Assembly: GCA_902622545.1 (NCBI GenBank)
Contig: CACNQD010000004.1
Location: forward strand, 116,465 to 180,464
Direction of reading: 5' to 3'
DNA length: 64,000 nt
Origin: an uncultured Pelagibacteraceae bacterium
GTDB lineage: Bacteria > Pseudomonadota > Alphaproteobacteria > Pelagibacterales > Pelagibacteraceae
Below are positions 1-9,139 of this stretch, one piece after another. A model generated the notes under the pieces. The model worked only from the letters and a program-made list of their open reading frames with translations. It searched no databases and was not told the origin of the DNA. The position numbers were made by a program, and so were the translations under genes. Every line of letters begins with the position of its first letter. The first letter of the stretch is position 1.

Positions 1-617
1 TTCATTTTGAATGCTTCAGTCATGGCTACTTGCATTGCGTAAACACCTATTCTATTTCCAAGAAAACCGGGTGTATCATTACAGACAATTGCGCCTTTGC
101 CTAATTCGTTTTCACAAAATTTTTTTAAAGAATCTATTTTTTTTAAATCGTTGTTTTCATTTTTAACGATCTCTAAAAGTCCCATGTATCTAACAGGATT
201 AAAGAAGTGAGTTATACAAAAATCTTTTTTTTCATCATCGGTTAAATGTTCTGATAAAATTTTTATGGGAATTGAAGATGTATTAGAGGATACAATTGCT
301 CCTGATTTTCTATTTTTAAATATTTTATCATATATTTTATGTTTTATATCTATTCTTTCAACAACTGCTTCCACAATCCAATCCGCTTCTTTAACTACAT
401 CAAAATCATCATTGATGTTGCCAACTTTGATGTTATCAATTTTATTTTTGTCGATTAGAAGTGGTGGTCTAGATTTATAAATTTTTTCTCTAGCCTTTGT
501 ACTTATCTCAGTTGATAGATCTAAAAGAGTAACAGGAACATTGGCATTACATAGATGTGCAGCTATTCCGCTACCCATAGTACCAGATCCAATGATGACA
601 ACACTTTTAATTTGCAT
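1..617 (-). CDS. 3-hydroxyacyl-CoA dehydrogenase / enoyl-CoA hydratase family protein (FadN-like), N-terminal part; runs off the left edge
   Basis: Not in ORF track. Manual translation from ATG at 617: MQIKSVVIIGSGTMGSGIAAHLCNANVPVTLLDL (Rossmann GxGxMG) ... SSNTSSIPI ... THFFNPVRYMGLLEIV ... NDTPGFLGNRIG, all 3HCDH motifs. Confidence 0.92.
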   Translation of the reverse strand, partial: MQIKSVVIIGSGTMGSGIAAHLCNANVPVTLLDLSTEISTKAREKIYKSRPPLLIDKNKIDNIKVGNINDDFDVVKEADWIVEAVVERIDIKHKIYDKIFKNRKSGAIVSSNTSSIPIKILSEHLTDDEKKDFCITHFFNPVRYMGLLEIVKNENNDLKKIDSLKKFCENELGKGAIVCNDTPGFLGNRIGVYAMQVAMTEAFKM

Positions 618-624
618 TTATTTT

Positions 625-1479
625 TTATCTATTAATTCCTCTGAGTCTTTCAGATCTTCTTCTTAACAACTCAGCTGTAACAAGAATAAGTGTAGATAAA
701 ATAATCAAACATGTCGCAACTGCAAGAATTGTTGGACTTAGCTGTTCTCTTAAACCAGTCCACATTTGAATTGGAATAGTTGTATTCTCTAAACCAGCTA
801 AAAATAATACGACAACAACTTCATCAAAAGATGTTACAAAAGCAAATAGGCCACCTGAGATTACGCCAGGTAAAATTAAAGGTAATGTAATTTTCATGAA
901 GGTATTAACCGGATCACTTCCAAGACTTGATGCAGCTCTCGTTACACTATGATCAAAGCCAGATAGAGTAGCTGTCACTGTTATTACAACAAACGGTGTC
1001 CCCAAAATTATATGTGCTAGAACTATACCAGTATGTGTAGCCGCTAAACCAGCTTTTGCCATAAAGAAGAAAATAGCTACACCAGATATAATTAAAGGAA
1101 CGATCATCGGAGAAATTAGTGTTGCCATGATCAATCCCTTATACGGCATGTGTCTACTACTTAACCCTAGTGCTGCAACAGTTCCTAAAAGAACTGAACC
1201 TAATGTTGCAAAGATAGCAATGATAAAACTATTTTTAGCTGCTAGACCCCAAGGGTTTTTTGTTCCGTAAATCATGTCCTTATACCATCTTAGAGAAAAT
1301 GCATCTGGATCAAGGTTTTTCATTCCTTCGGAAAAACTTAGAAATTCCTCAGCGTTAAATGATAGAGGAAAAATTACGAACAGAGGTGCAATCAAAAAGA
1401 AAAATACACATGTGCAAATAAAAATATATACATAATGCCAAATTCTATAATGTGGTTCTGTATATTTTGGTAACGCCAT
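625..1479 (-). CDS. potC: PotC-type ABC transporter permease (polyamine/osmolyte family)
   Basis: Multi-TM; EAA-like loop RAASSLGS; SFDEVVV motif; in pot operon. Confidence 0.85.
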   Translation of the reverse strand: MALPKYTEPHYRIWHYVYIFICTCVFFFLIAPLFVIFPLSFNAEEFLSFSEGMKNLDPDAFSLRWYKDMIYGTKNPWGLAAKNSFIIAIFATLGSVLLGTVAALGLSSRHMPYKGLIMATLISPMIVPLIISGVAIFFFMAKAGLAATHTGIVLAHIILGTPFVVITVTATLSGFDHSVTRAASSLGSDPVNTFMKITLPLILPGVISGGLFAFVTSFDEVVVVLFLAGLENTTIPIQMWTGLREQLSPTILAVATCLIILSTLILVTAELLRRRSERLRGINR

Positions 1480-1481
1480 AA

Positions 1482-2735
1482 TTATCCTAGTTTTATGTTA
1501 TCAATTCCAACTAATTTGTTATAAACCCAATATATTGCTAGTACTCCTGCTAATAACATTAGTCCCATTGCTGATGCAAAACTCCAATCTAATGTGCTCT
1601 TCATATGAAATGCAATTTGGTTACTGATCAAGGTGCCGGATGCACCTCCTACTAGCGCTGGGGTAATGTAATATCCAATCGCTAATATAAAAACTAACAA
1701 GCAACCTGCACCAATACCTGGAATAGTTAATGGAAAATATACCTTCCAAAAGGTGATGAATGGTGTTCCTCCAAGTGATTTTCCAGCTCTCATTAAGCTC
1801 GGGGATATGGTTTTCATTACACTGTATAAAGGTAAAACCATAAAAGGTAATAAAATTTGTGTCATTGCGACGTAAGTTCCAGTTTTATTGTACATCATCT
1901 CAGGCCGGTTATCGTCTGCTACTAAGCCGATCATGACAAAGAAGTCATTAACTACTCCTTGCTGTTGAAGAAGTATCATCCAACTTGCGGTTCTAACTAA
2001 TAATGAAGTCCAAAATGGAAGTAGTACACATATCATTAGAAGGTTGCTGTACTTCATTGGCAATGTTGCAAGTAAATGTGCAATTGGATAAGCCATTAAA
2101 AAACATAATAAAGTTACAAAGAAAGCTATCTCTAAAGTTCTAAGCCAAAGTACTCTATGTATTCTACGATCTTCCTCTACATTTACAATTTCACCTTCTT
2201 CATTTTTATACATATCCATGCCCTTCAGATATTTTGCACTTGTGAATGCAGGTGCTCGTCTTTTAATAGCTCTCCAATACTCAACATCTGCCCATCTTTT
2301 GTGAACTGACATTATTTGTTCTTTATAATTTCCCTCTTCGAAGTTTTTGGCCTTTCTTCGTAATTTTTTTAAAATACTTTTAAAACCGTTCTTGGTGTAA
2401 TTTAATTGGGTAGAAAGTTTTCCATCACGTTTTTCCTCTACTAATTTTTGAAAATCTAAATAGAAAGCTTCAAATACCTCCTCAGGAGGCATTTCATTTC
2501 CGTCCCAATTTTCCATCGATTTAAATGTTTTTGGTAACATTTCAGTAACCATTTTATCATCGACACTTCTCATCAGCATATCGCCGATAGGAAAAATATA
2601 AGTGATAAGTAAAAATAATAATAAAGGTGCAACTAAAAGAAATGCTTTAATTTTATTTTTTCTTTCAGCTTTTTTTAAACTTACCTCGAGAGGTATGCCA
2701 TCTGTTGTTAAAATTTTTCCAGTTTCGCTGCTCAT
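1482..2735 (-). CDS. potB: PotB-type ABC transporter permease with large periplasmic insertion
   Basis: LLPFWTSLLVRT and LPFMVLPLY motifs; GYYITPALVGG. Confidence 0.85.
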   Translation of the reverse strand: MSSETGKILTTDGIPLEVSLKKAERKNKIKAFLLVAPLLLFLLITYIFPIGDMLMRSVDDKMVTEMLPKTFKSMENWDGNEMPPEEVFEAFYLDFQKLVEEKRDGKLSTQLNYTKNGFKSILKKLRRKAKNFEEGNYKEQIMSVHKRWADVEYWRAIKRRAPAFTSAKYLKGMDMYKNEEGEIVNVEEDRRIHRVLWLRTLEIAFFVTLLCFLMAYPIAHLLATLPMKYSNLLMICVLLPFWTSLLVRTASWMILLQQQGVVNDFFVMIGLVADDNRPEMMYNKTGTYVAMTQILLPFMVLPLYSVMKTISPSLMRAGKSLGGTPFITFWKVYFPLTIPGIGAGCLLVFILAIGYYITPALVGGASGTLISNQIAFHMKSTLDWSFASAMGLMLLAGVLAIYWVYNKLVGIDNIKLG

Positions 2736-2740
2736 AAAAT

Positions 2741-2771
2741 AAAAAAAGGGCGGCTATAAATAACCGCCCTT
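2741..2771 (-). terminator. Intrinsic terminator-like hairpin between potD and potB
   Basis: Minus strand AAGGGCGGUUA-UUUA-UAGCCGCCCUU followed by a U-run. Confidence 0.8.
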
Positions 2772-2807
2772 AATATATTATATAATTTTAGTCTTTAAAA
2801 CTTAAAA

Positions 2808-3923
2808 TTATAGACCAGACTTCATTGCTTCCCATTTTTCACCAAGTTCTGTACCGTTATCAGCCCAGAATATTGGATCTACTAAGAAGTAATTTTTAGT
2901 GTTTGCTGGTGCAGTTGGCATTTGTGGTACCATGTTAGTTTTACCATCTTTATACCATGGCTCACCTGCTGCCATAACTTTAAGTGATGATTTTCTCCAA
3001 GGTGCATATGCAATATATTTTGCACTTCCTGCTAAACCTTCTGTGCTTGTCATCATCGCTAGTGCTTTTTTAGCATCAGCTTCGTTTGGTCCACCCTTAA
3101 CTAGTACGAAATATTCGTAGTCAAGACCTTGACCATCCCAAACTTGTTTGATTGGAGCGCCTTCACCGATTTCTGCGTTGAAGAATCTACCATTCCAACC
3201 AGTTGCCATAACAACTTCACCAGATACTAATAGTTCTGGTGGTTGAGCACCTGCTGACCAAAATACACATCCACCGTTAGGGTCTGTGCAAAGTTCTTTG
3301 ATCTTGTTCATTGCTCTGTTTACACCTTTTTCAGTTTCAAGAGCTTTGTAGATTTTTGCTCCACCTTTTCCTGGCTTAATACCATCTGCTGCTAAAGCGA
3401 TCTCTAAGTTTGTTAGAGCACTTTTGTAGATAGCTCTTTTTCCAGGGAATTTTTTTGTGTTAAAGAAATCTTTTATAGTCTTTGGAGTGCCTTTAACATT
3501 GTTCGTGTTGTAAGCATAGTTCCAAGAATATAAAATGTTTCCTACAGCACATTTACTTGGCATTGGAGCAAAGAAATCTTTACTCGCTGCAGTGCCATCT
3601 GGTGCTGGTGGGAAGTCTTTGTCGAAATCGAATTCTACAAATAAACCCTCGTCACATCCAGTGATAGTGTCCATAGCAAATACGTCGATAATATCCCACG
3701 TAATTTTGCCTGCCTCTTTTTGTGCTTTAATCTCTGATAATCCACCTGAGTAGTCGACCCAATTGATCGGTACACCAAGTTTTTTAGCAGTAGGGTCACC
3801 ATATCCTAGCTTTTGTGACTCTGTATATGCTCCACCCCAAGATGCAACAGTAACTGCAAATGCTGATGAGCTAATAGAAAGTGCAAAAGATAGAACTAGT
3901 AACAATTTACTTAGTTTTTTCAT
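2808..3923 (-). CDS. potD: PotD/PotF-family periplasmic substrate-binding protein
   Basis: Signal peptide; SWGGAY, WDIIDV, GEVVMATGWNGR motifs; strong GGAGG RBS. Confidence 0.85.
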   Translation of the reverse strand: MKKLSKLLLVLSFALSISSSAFAVTVASWGGAYTESQKLGYGDPTAKKLGVPINWVDYSGGLSEIKAQKEAGKITWDIIDVFAMDTITGCDEGLFVEFDFDKDFPPAPDGTAASKDFFAPMPSKCAVGNILYSWNYAYNTNNVKGTPKTIKDFFNTKKFPGKRAIYKSALTNLEIALAADGIKPGKGGAKIYKALETEKGVNRAMNKIKELCTDPNGGCVFWSAGAQPPELLVSGEVVMATGWNGRFFNAEIGEGAPIKQVWDGQGLDYEYFVLVKGGPNEADAKKALAMMTSTEGLAGSAKYIAYAPWRKSSLKVMAAGEPWYKDGKTNMVPQMPTAPANTKNYFLVDPIFWADNGTELGEKWEAMKSGL

Positions 3924-3955
3924 TATTCCTCCGTTTAAACGTTTTTTAAAAGCTA

Positions 3956-3984
3956 ATTACAGCAATATATGAGTAAGGAGTCAA
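3956..3984 (-). promoter_or_regulatory. Candidate internal sigma70 promoter for potD
   Basis: Minus strand TTGACT-17 nt-TGTAAT in the 120-bp potA-potD gap; the -10 is imperfect. Confidence 0.45.
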
Positions 3985-4043
3985 CAGCGCATTTCATTAA
4001 AATATGCCTAATTTAATTAGATAAATTTATTTAAACCTGGGGT

Positions 4044-5132
4044 TTATTTTGGGTCTAGTGCCCGGGCATCATGACTGTTCCAGCTAACATTTATTTCATT
4101 TCCCATTTTAATATCCATGTTAGCGGAACTGTTTGGAACTTTTAAAATAAATTCTTTGTTTCCAAGTAAGTCTATTCTTACTCTAGTGTGGTCACCATGG
4201 TATATAACTTCCTCAATTTTACCTTTAAAATTATTATCCATTTTGTTTTTTGTGTTTATAAGAGCTCTCTCTGGTCTTAATGATACAGTAGTTCTGTCAC
4301 CATTTGAGCTCACAGATATTGGATTGGCAATTATCTCTGAACCATTTAATAATTTTACTTTACATTGATCCTTTTGAAAGTTTGTTACTTCGCCGGCAAA
4401 AGTATTATTTTCTCCTATGAACTCTGCTACAAAAGAATTAACAGGCTCTTCGTATAATTTGTCTGGAGAAGAGAGTTGTTGAACTTTTCCGTCATTAAAT
4501 ACAGCAATCCTATTAGACATTGTAAGAGCTTCACTCTGATCGTGCGTAACGTATACAACAGTAACACCTATGCTTTCATGGATATGTTTAATTTCATATT
4601 GCATACTTTCTCTAAGATTTTTATCCAAGGCTCCTAAAGGTTCATCCATTAACACTACTTGAGGATCGAACACTAAAGCTCTAGCAACAGCAACACGTTG
4701 TTGTTGACCACCTGATAATTGTCCCGGCATTCTGTTTTCAAAACCAGATAATGATACCATTGATAAAGCTTTATCAACTTTCTTATCTATATCATCCTTA
4801 TTTATTTTTCTTACCTTAAGAGGAAAGGCCAAATTTTCATAAACTGTCATGTGTGGGAACAATGCATAATTTTGAAAAACCATTCCAATACCTCTTTTAT
4901 GGGGTGGTATGTTTGATATAGGATTTTTATCTAAAAAAATTTCACCGTTTGTTGGTGTTTCAAAACCGGCTAACATCATTAAACAGGTAGTCTTACCTGA
5001 ACCAGATGGTCCAAGCATCGTAATAAATTCTCCCTCAGCAATATCTAGATTCAAATCTTTTACAACAAGGACCTTACCGTCATAACTTTTGTCTACTTTA
5101 TCGAATTTTACAAATTCTTGGTTCTTTGACAT
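4044..5132 (-). CDS. potA: PotA-type ABC ATPase
   Basis: Walker A GPSGSGKTT, signature LSGGQQQ, Walker B VLMDEP; TOBE-like C-terminus. Confidence 0.92.
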   Translation of the reverse strand: MSKNQEFVKFDKVDKSYDGKVLVVKDLNLDIAEGEFITMLGPSGSGKTTCLMMLAGFETPTNGEIFLDKNPISNIPPHKRGIGMVFQNYALFPHMTVYENLAFPLKVRKINKDDIDKKVDKALSMVSLSGFENRMPGQLSGGQQQRVAVARALVFDPQVVLMDEPLGALDKNLRESMQYEIKHIHESIGVTVVYVTHDQSEALTMSNRIAVFNDGKVQQLSSPDKLYEEPVNSFVAEFIGENNTFAGEVTNFQKDQCKVKLLNGSEIIANPISVSSNGDRTTVSLRPERALINTKNKMDNNFKGKIEEVIYHGDHTRVRIDLLGNKEFILKVPNSSANMDIKMGNEINVSWNSHDARALDPK

Positions 5133-5175
5133 TGGGTAAGGTTTAAAACATTTGTAGGCTAATATTTCAAGTTTT

Positions 5176-6342
5176 TTATTTTACGTGTAAATCTCTTGAA
5201 AAGTTGCATAATAACTCGTTTCCCTCTTCTGTAATCCTTATAGACTCAGATGCTTCAACTCCCCAATCACCAAATTGCATCACGGCTATCATATGATAAC
5301 AAACATTAGGTTTTAAAATTGTCATATCACCTTTAGAAATATTTAGAGTATGTTCTCCCCAATCTGGCGGATATCCTATTCCAATTGAATAACCAGTTCT
5401 AGATTCTTTTTTAATTTTGTATTTATCTAATATTGCCCAAAATTTTTCAGCAACATCATTTGCAGTGTTTCCAGGTTTGCTTGCTTTTATCCCAGCCTCT
5501 AAAGCCTCATTTGTTGCGCTCATTGCATCAATTTTCTTTTGTTCTGGTTTTCCAAGATTAACAGTTCTTGCCATTGGAGCATGGTATCTTTTATAGGTGC
5601 CAGATAACTCTACAACAGTGGCTTCTCCAGTTACGAACTTTTCATCACTTGCTGTTAGATGTGATGCCGACGTACCTTTACCAGTAGGTAAAAGAGTTGC
5701 TATACTTGCATATTCACCACCAAAATCATTTGTTCCTTTGAATAATGATTTCTGTATCTCTGCAACGGCATCGCATTGTCTTACACCTGGATTAATTATG
5801 TCCATCGCTGTCTTCATTGCATTTTCTGAGATAATTGCAGCCTTTTTCATAAAATCTATTTCAGCATTCGATTTAACTACTCTTACCCAATTTACTAACC
5901 TTTCTGAGTCTTTTATTGTGGCGTTGGGCAATCCTTGTTTGAGCTTTTCATAACAGTATGCTGTAAAATAATGTGCGTCCATCTCAACCCCAATTTTAAG
6001 TTTATCCCATTTATTTTTTTTTAATAAATCAACTAGAGCATCGTATGGGTGAGATGGCCAAGTATGAATATATTTTTCATCGTAAATTACTATGTTTTCT
6101 TTTTTTAGATAAGTTTTTATAAATGCTCCACCTGCATCCTGTGCTCTTATAAAACAAATTGGCTCTTCTAAATTAATATGAACAATTACACATTGAGCAT
6201 AATAGAATGACCATGCATCATAACCAGTTAAATAATTAATATTTGCAGTGTCTTGGGATATTAAAAGTTCAATACCTTTTTTTTGCATTGATAATTGAAC
6301 TTTTTTTAGTCGTTCTTTGTATTCATTTTTAGAAAAGCTCAT
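5176..6342 (-). CDS. M24-fold hydrolase of the ectoine hydrolase (EutD/DoeA) subfamily
   Basis: YLTGYDAWSFY, ELSGTYKRYHAPMART, RTGYSIGIGYPPDWGE closely match remembered EutD/DoeA motifs. Confidence 0.75.
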   Translation of the reverse strand: MSFSKNEYKERLKKVQLSMQKKGIELLISQDTANINYLTGYDAWSFYYAQCVIVHINLEEPICFIRAQDAGGAFIKTYLKKENIVIYDEKYIHTWPSHPYDALVDLLKKNKWDKLKIGVEMDAHYFTAYCYEKLKQGLPNATIKDSERLVNWVRVVKSNAEIDFMKKAAIISENAMKTAMDIINPGVRQCDAVAEIQKSLFKGTNDFGGEYASIATLLPTGKGTSASHLTASDEKFVTGEATVVELSGTYKRYHAPMARTVNLGKPEQKKIDAMSATNEALEAGIKASKPGNTANDVAEKFWAILDKYKIKKESRTGYSIGIGYPPDWGEHTLNISKGDMTILKPNVCYHMIAVMQFGDWGVEASESIRITEEGNELLCNFSRDLHVK

Positions 6343-6351
6343 ATTTTGATT

Positions 6352-7092
6352 TTAAGAAAATAAACTTCCATAACCTTTTATCGAATTATTTCTATTTATA
6401 TTTTCTAAGGTTTCCCAAATTAAAGCTTGATTACTTGACAAAACAGTCATATTTAATTTTTTTTCTAGCCTTTCAATTATATTTAATACTGGTAATGAGG
6501 TGCAAGATACAAATAGAGCTTCAGCATCTTTGTGATTTATGTTTGACAAAATTTTAAACAATTGATCTTGATCTACTCTCCCAATATCGACATCAGACTC
6601 AATATCAAAATACGTGTTTGAGGTAACTTCAAAATTATTATTTTTAAAGAAGTTTACCACATCATCATTTACACTTTTAATATAGGGAGTTACTATTGAT
6701 ATCTTATTAATGTTCTTCTTCTTTAATGCATTTAAGGCTGCTGTGCTTGGAGCAGTTACTAAAGCATCTGGTTTAGCAATATTAATCTTTTTTTTAATAT
6801 TATCATATCCTGAAACAATTGTTCCTGATGTACAACCATAAACTATGCAATCTATTCTCTCTCCTGGTAGAATATTTTCTGTTACAGATGTAATTTTATT
6901 TGTCATTTTATTTAAGTTTTCAGCTGTAACAGGATTATAATTAGTTATTCTATTAACATAAAGATCAGCATGCACTCTACTAAAGACTTTTAGAAAATCT
7001 TTTTCAATCATCACATCGGTTGCTAAAACGATTAGACCTACTCTTGGGTTTATTTTTTTTATAAAATTGGGTTTAATTTTTTTGGATTTCAT
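6352..7092 (-). CDS. Asp/Glu racemase - maleate isomerase family protein (EutA-like)
   Basis: VGLIVLATD, YGCTSG and FVSCTSL (paired Cys), VLSSNQAL. Confidence 0.8.
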   Translation of the reverse strand: MKSKKIKPNFIKKINPRVGLIVLATDVMIEKDFLKVFSRVHADLYVNRITNYNPVTAENLNKMTNKITSVTENILPGERIDCIVYGCTSGTIVSGYDNIKKKINIAKPDALVTAPSTAALNALKKKNINKISIVTPYIKSVNDDVVNFFKNNNFEVTSNTYFDIESDVDIGRVDQDQLFKILSNINHKDAEALFVSCTSLPVLNIIERLEKKLNMTVLSSNQALIWETLENINRNNSIKGYGSLFS

Positions 7093-7125
7093 AATATTAA
7101 GTTATATTATCAATATAAAGATATC

Positions 7126-8358
7126 ATGTTTAATGATTATTATCATAAAAAAATAAAAGCTTATTTAAAAATATTATTATTATCTGTAATATATATTTCT
7201 ATCTTTATATCAAAATCTCATGCTGAAAATCGCAATGAAGTCAAAGTTGGTATTTTACTTGGATTTTCTGGTGTAGTCGAAAGTATAACACCGTCTATGG
7301 CGGATTCTGCTGAGTTAGCATTTAATGAGATATCGAATGATGCAGATCTTTCAAAAAAAATTAAATTTAAAATTCAAAGAGCAGATACAAGTTGCAGCAA
7401 TAAAAATTTAGCAAAAAACTCTGCAACCAAACTAATAAAAGAAGGTATTTCAGCAATTATAGGTGCAGCCTGCCCAGATATTACTATAGAGGTTGCAAAA
7501 AATGTTTCAGTTCCAAAAAAAATATTAATGATTTCACCAGCAGACACATCTGATGAATTAATTAACTTAAAGGATGATGGTTATGTATTTAGGACAACAC
7601 CTCCTAAGCTTAGAGGAAGTCAAATTTTAGCTGACATAACTTCAGATCGTGGAATTAAAAAAGTAGCAATTACTTACAGCAGTAATCAAGACTTTGAGAA
7701 ATTTGCAAGAGCTTACAGTAAAGCACTTAATAAAAATAAAATAGAGACCTCAATAATGATAGCTCATAACAATAATACTAATGATTATTCAAAACATATA
7801 TCAGCCTTAACAGCGGCTGGTGGAGAGGCTCTAGCTGTAATTAGTGATATCAATTTAGGAGGTGATCAAATTATAAAGTCTGTAATGGACACAGGGATGT
7901 TTAGATCATTCATACTGCCAGACAATATGATAGATCCAGAAATAATTGATAAATTTAAGGAAAAAAATTTAAAACAGTCATTTGGTTATGTTCAAGGTCT
8001 TTCTAATTTAGGTTCAGAAAAATTTTTCAACTTAGCTCAAAATTCTGGGATAGATTCATCTAGTCCTTACACAGGTGAATCTTATGATGCTGCAGCCTTA
8101 ATTATACTTTCAAATTTTGCAAAAATTTATTCAAAAGAGAAATCTATTAATAACATAATTTATTCTGTTGCAAATAAGCCAGGTATAAAAATTTTTCCAG
8201 GGGAAATAAAAAAAGCTATAAATATTTTAAGTGAGGGAAAATCGATCAATTACGAAGGCGCAACGGGAGTAGAGTTTGACAAAGTAGGTGATACTTTAGG
8301 TTCATTTGTAGAAGTTGATTTTAATAAGGGTAAATTAAAAAGTAAAAAACTTAGATAG
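7126..8358 (+). CDS. LivJ-like type I periplasmic binding protein, orphan
   Basis: VKVGILLGFSG, IIGAAC, MISPA, FRTTP, GESYDAAA, INYEGATG motifs; no liv permeases nearby. Confidence 0.8.
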   Translation: MFNDYYHKKIKAYLKILLLSVIYISIFISKSHAENRNEVKVGILLGFSGVVESITPSMADSAELAFNEISNDADLSKKIKFKIQRADTSCSNKNLAKNSATKLIKEGISAIIGAACPDITIEVAKNVSVPKKILMISPADTSDELINLKDDGYVFRTTPPKLRGSQILADITSDRGIKKVAITYSSNQDFEKFARAYSKALNKNKIETSIMIAHNNNTNDYSKHISALTAAGGEALAVISDINLGGDQIIKSVMDTGMFRSFILPDNMIDPEIIDKFKEKNLKQSFGYVQGLSNLGSEKFFNLAQNSGIDSSSPYTGESYDAAALIILSNFAKIYSKEKSINNIIYSVANKPGIKIFPGEIKKAINILSEGKSINYEGATGVEFDKVGDTLGSFVEVDFNKGKLKSKKLR

Positions 8359-8362
8359 AGTA

Positions 8363-9139
8363 TTAATAGCTAAATTTAGTTGATGGATATTTTCTTTTTT
8401 TAACTTCATTCTTAAACTTTCTTACTGCTGAGTCTATATGTTTTCGAATATCACAGAAACTCTTAACAAATTTAATTGAAGTTAAATTTAAACCGATTAA
8501 GTCATCAGTAACCAAGACTTGGCCATCACAATTAACTGAGGAGCCTATTCCGATTGTTGGTATTTTTAATGCTTTTGTAATTTCTTTAGCTAAGCTTGTT
8601 TCAATACACTCTAAGACAATTGAGAATACTCCATTTTTTTGAAGTAACAAAGCATCTGCTAAAAGATTTTTTCTTTCTTTAGATGTTTTACCTTTGTGTC
8701 TAAATTTACCTTTGTGACTTTGTGGTAAAATTCCTAAATGGCCCATCACATTTATTTTATTTTTTCTTAAATATTTAATAATGTCTATTATTTTTTTTCC
8801 TCCCTCTAATTTTACAGCGTCTGCTTTAGTATATTTGATTATCTTTTTTGCGTTTTTAAGTGCTTCATTTTTATTTCTATAGGTATTGAAGGGCATATCT
8901 ACAACCATTAAGCTTTTTTTAACTCCCAACCTAACACTTTTAGAATGTTCAATTATCATATTTAAATTAACTTTTTTAGTCGTATCAAATGAGTATAAAA
9001 CTGAACCAAGAGAGTCACCTACTAAAATTATATCAGTATACTTATCTAAAATTTCAGAAATATTTTTTGAATAAGAGGTTAAACAAATAATTTTGGTTTT
9101 ATTTTTTTTTTTTAATATTTTTTTAATTTTCAAATTCAT
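8363..9139 (-). CDS. panB: 3-methyl-2-oxobutanoate hydroxymethyltransferase
   Basis: ILVGDSLG, VVDMPF, VKLEGG, MGHLGILPQ, TIGIG, DGQVLVTDD. Confidence 0.96.
   Translation of the reverse strand: MNLKIKKILKKKNKTKIICLTSYSKNISEILDKYTDIILVGDSLGSVLYSFDTTKKVNLNMIIEHSKSVRLGVKKSLMVVDMPFNTYRNKNEALKNAKKIIKYTKADAVKLEGGKKIIDIIKYLRKNKINVMGHLGILPQSHKGKFRHKGKTSKERKNLLADALLLQKNGVFSIVLECIETSLAKEITKALKIPTIGIGSSVNCDGQVLVTDDLIGLNLTSIKFVKSFCDIRKHIDSAVRKFKNEVKKRKYPSTKFSY

Noticed and set aside
265-480. 71-aa + strand ORF
   Set aside because: Antisense shadow of the FadN-like gene, which has clear motifs.
2899-5953. Several short + strand ORFs over potD, potA and the EutD-like gene
   Set aside because: Antisense shadows of well-supported genes; no motifs or RBS.
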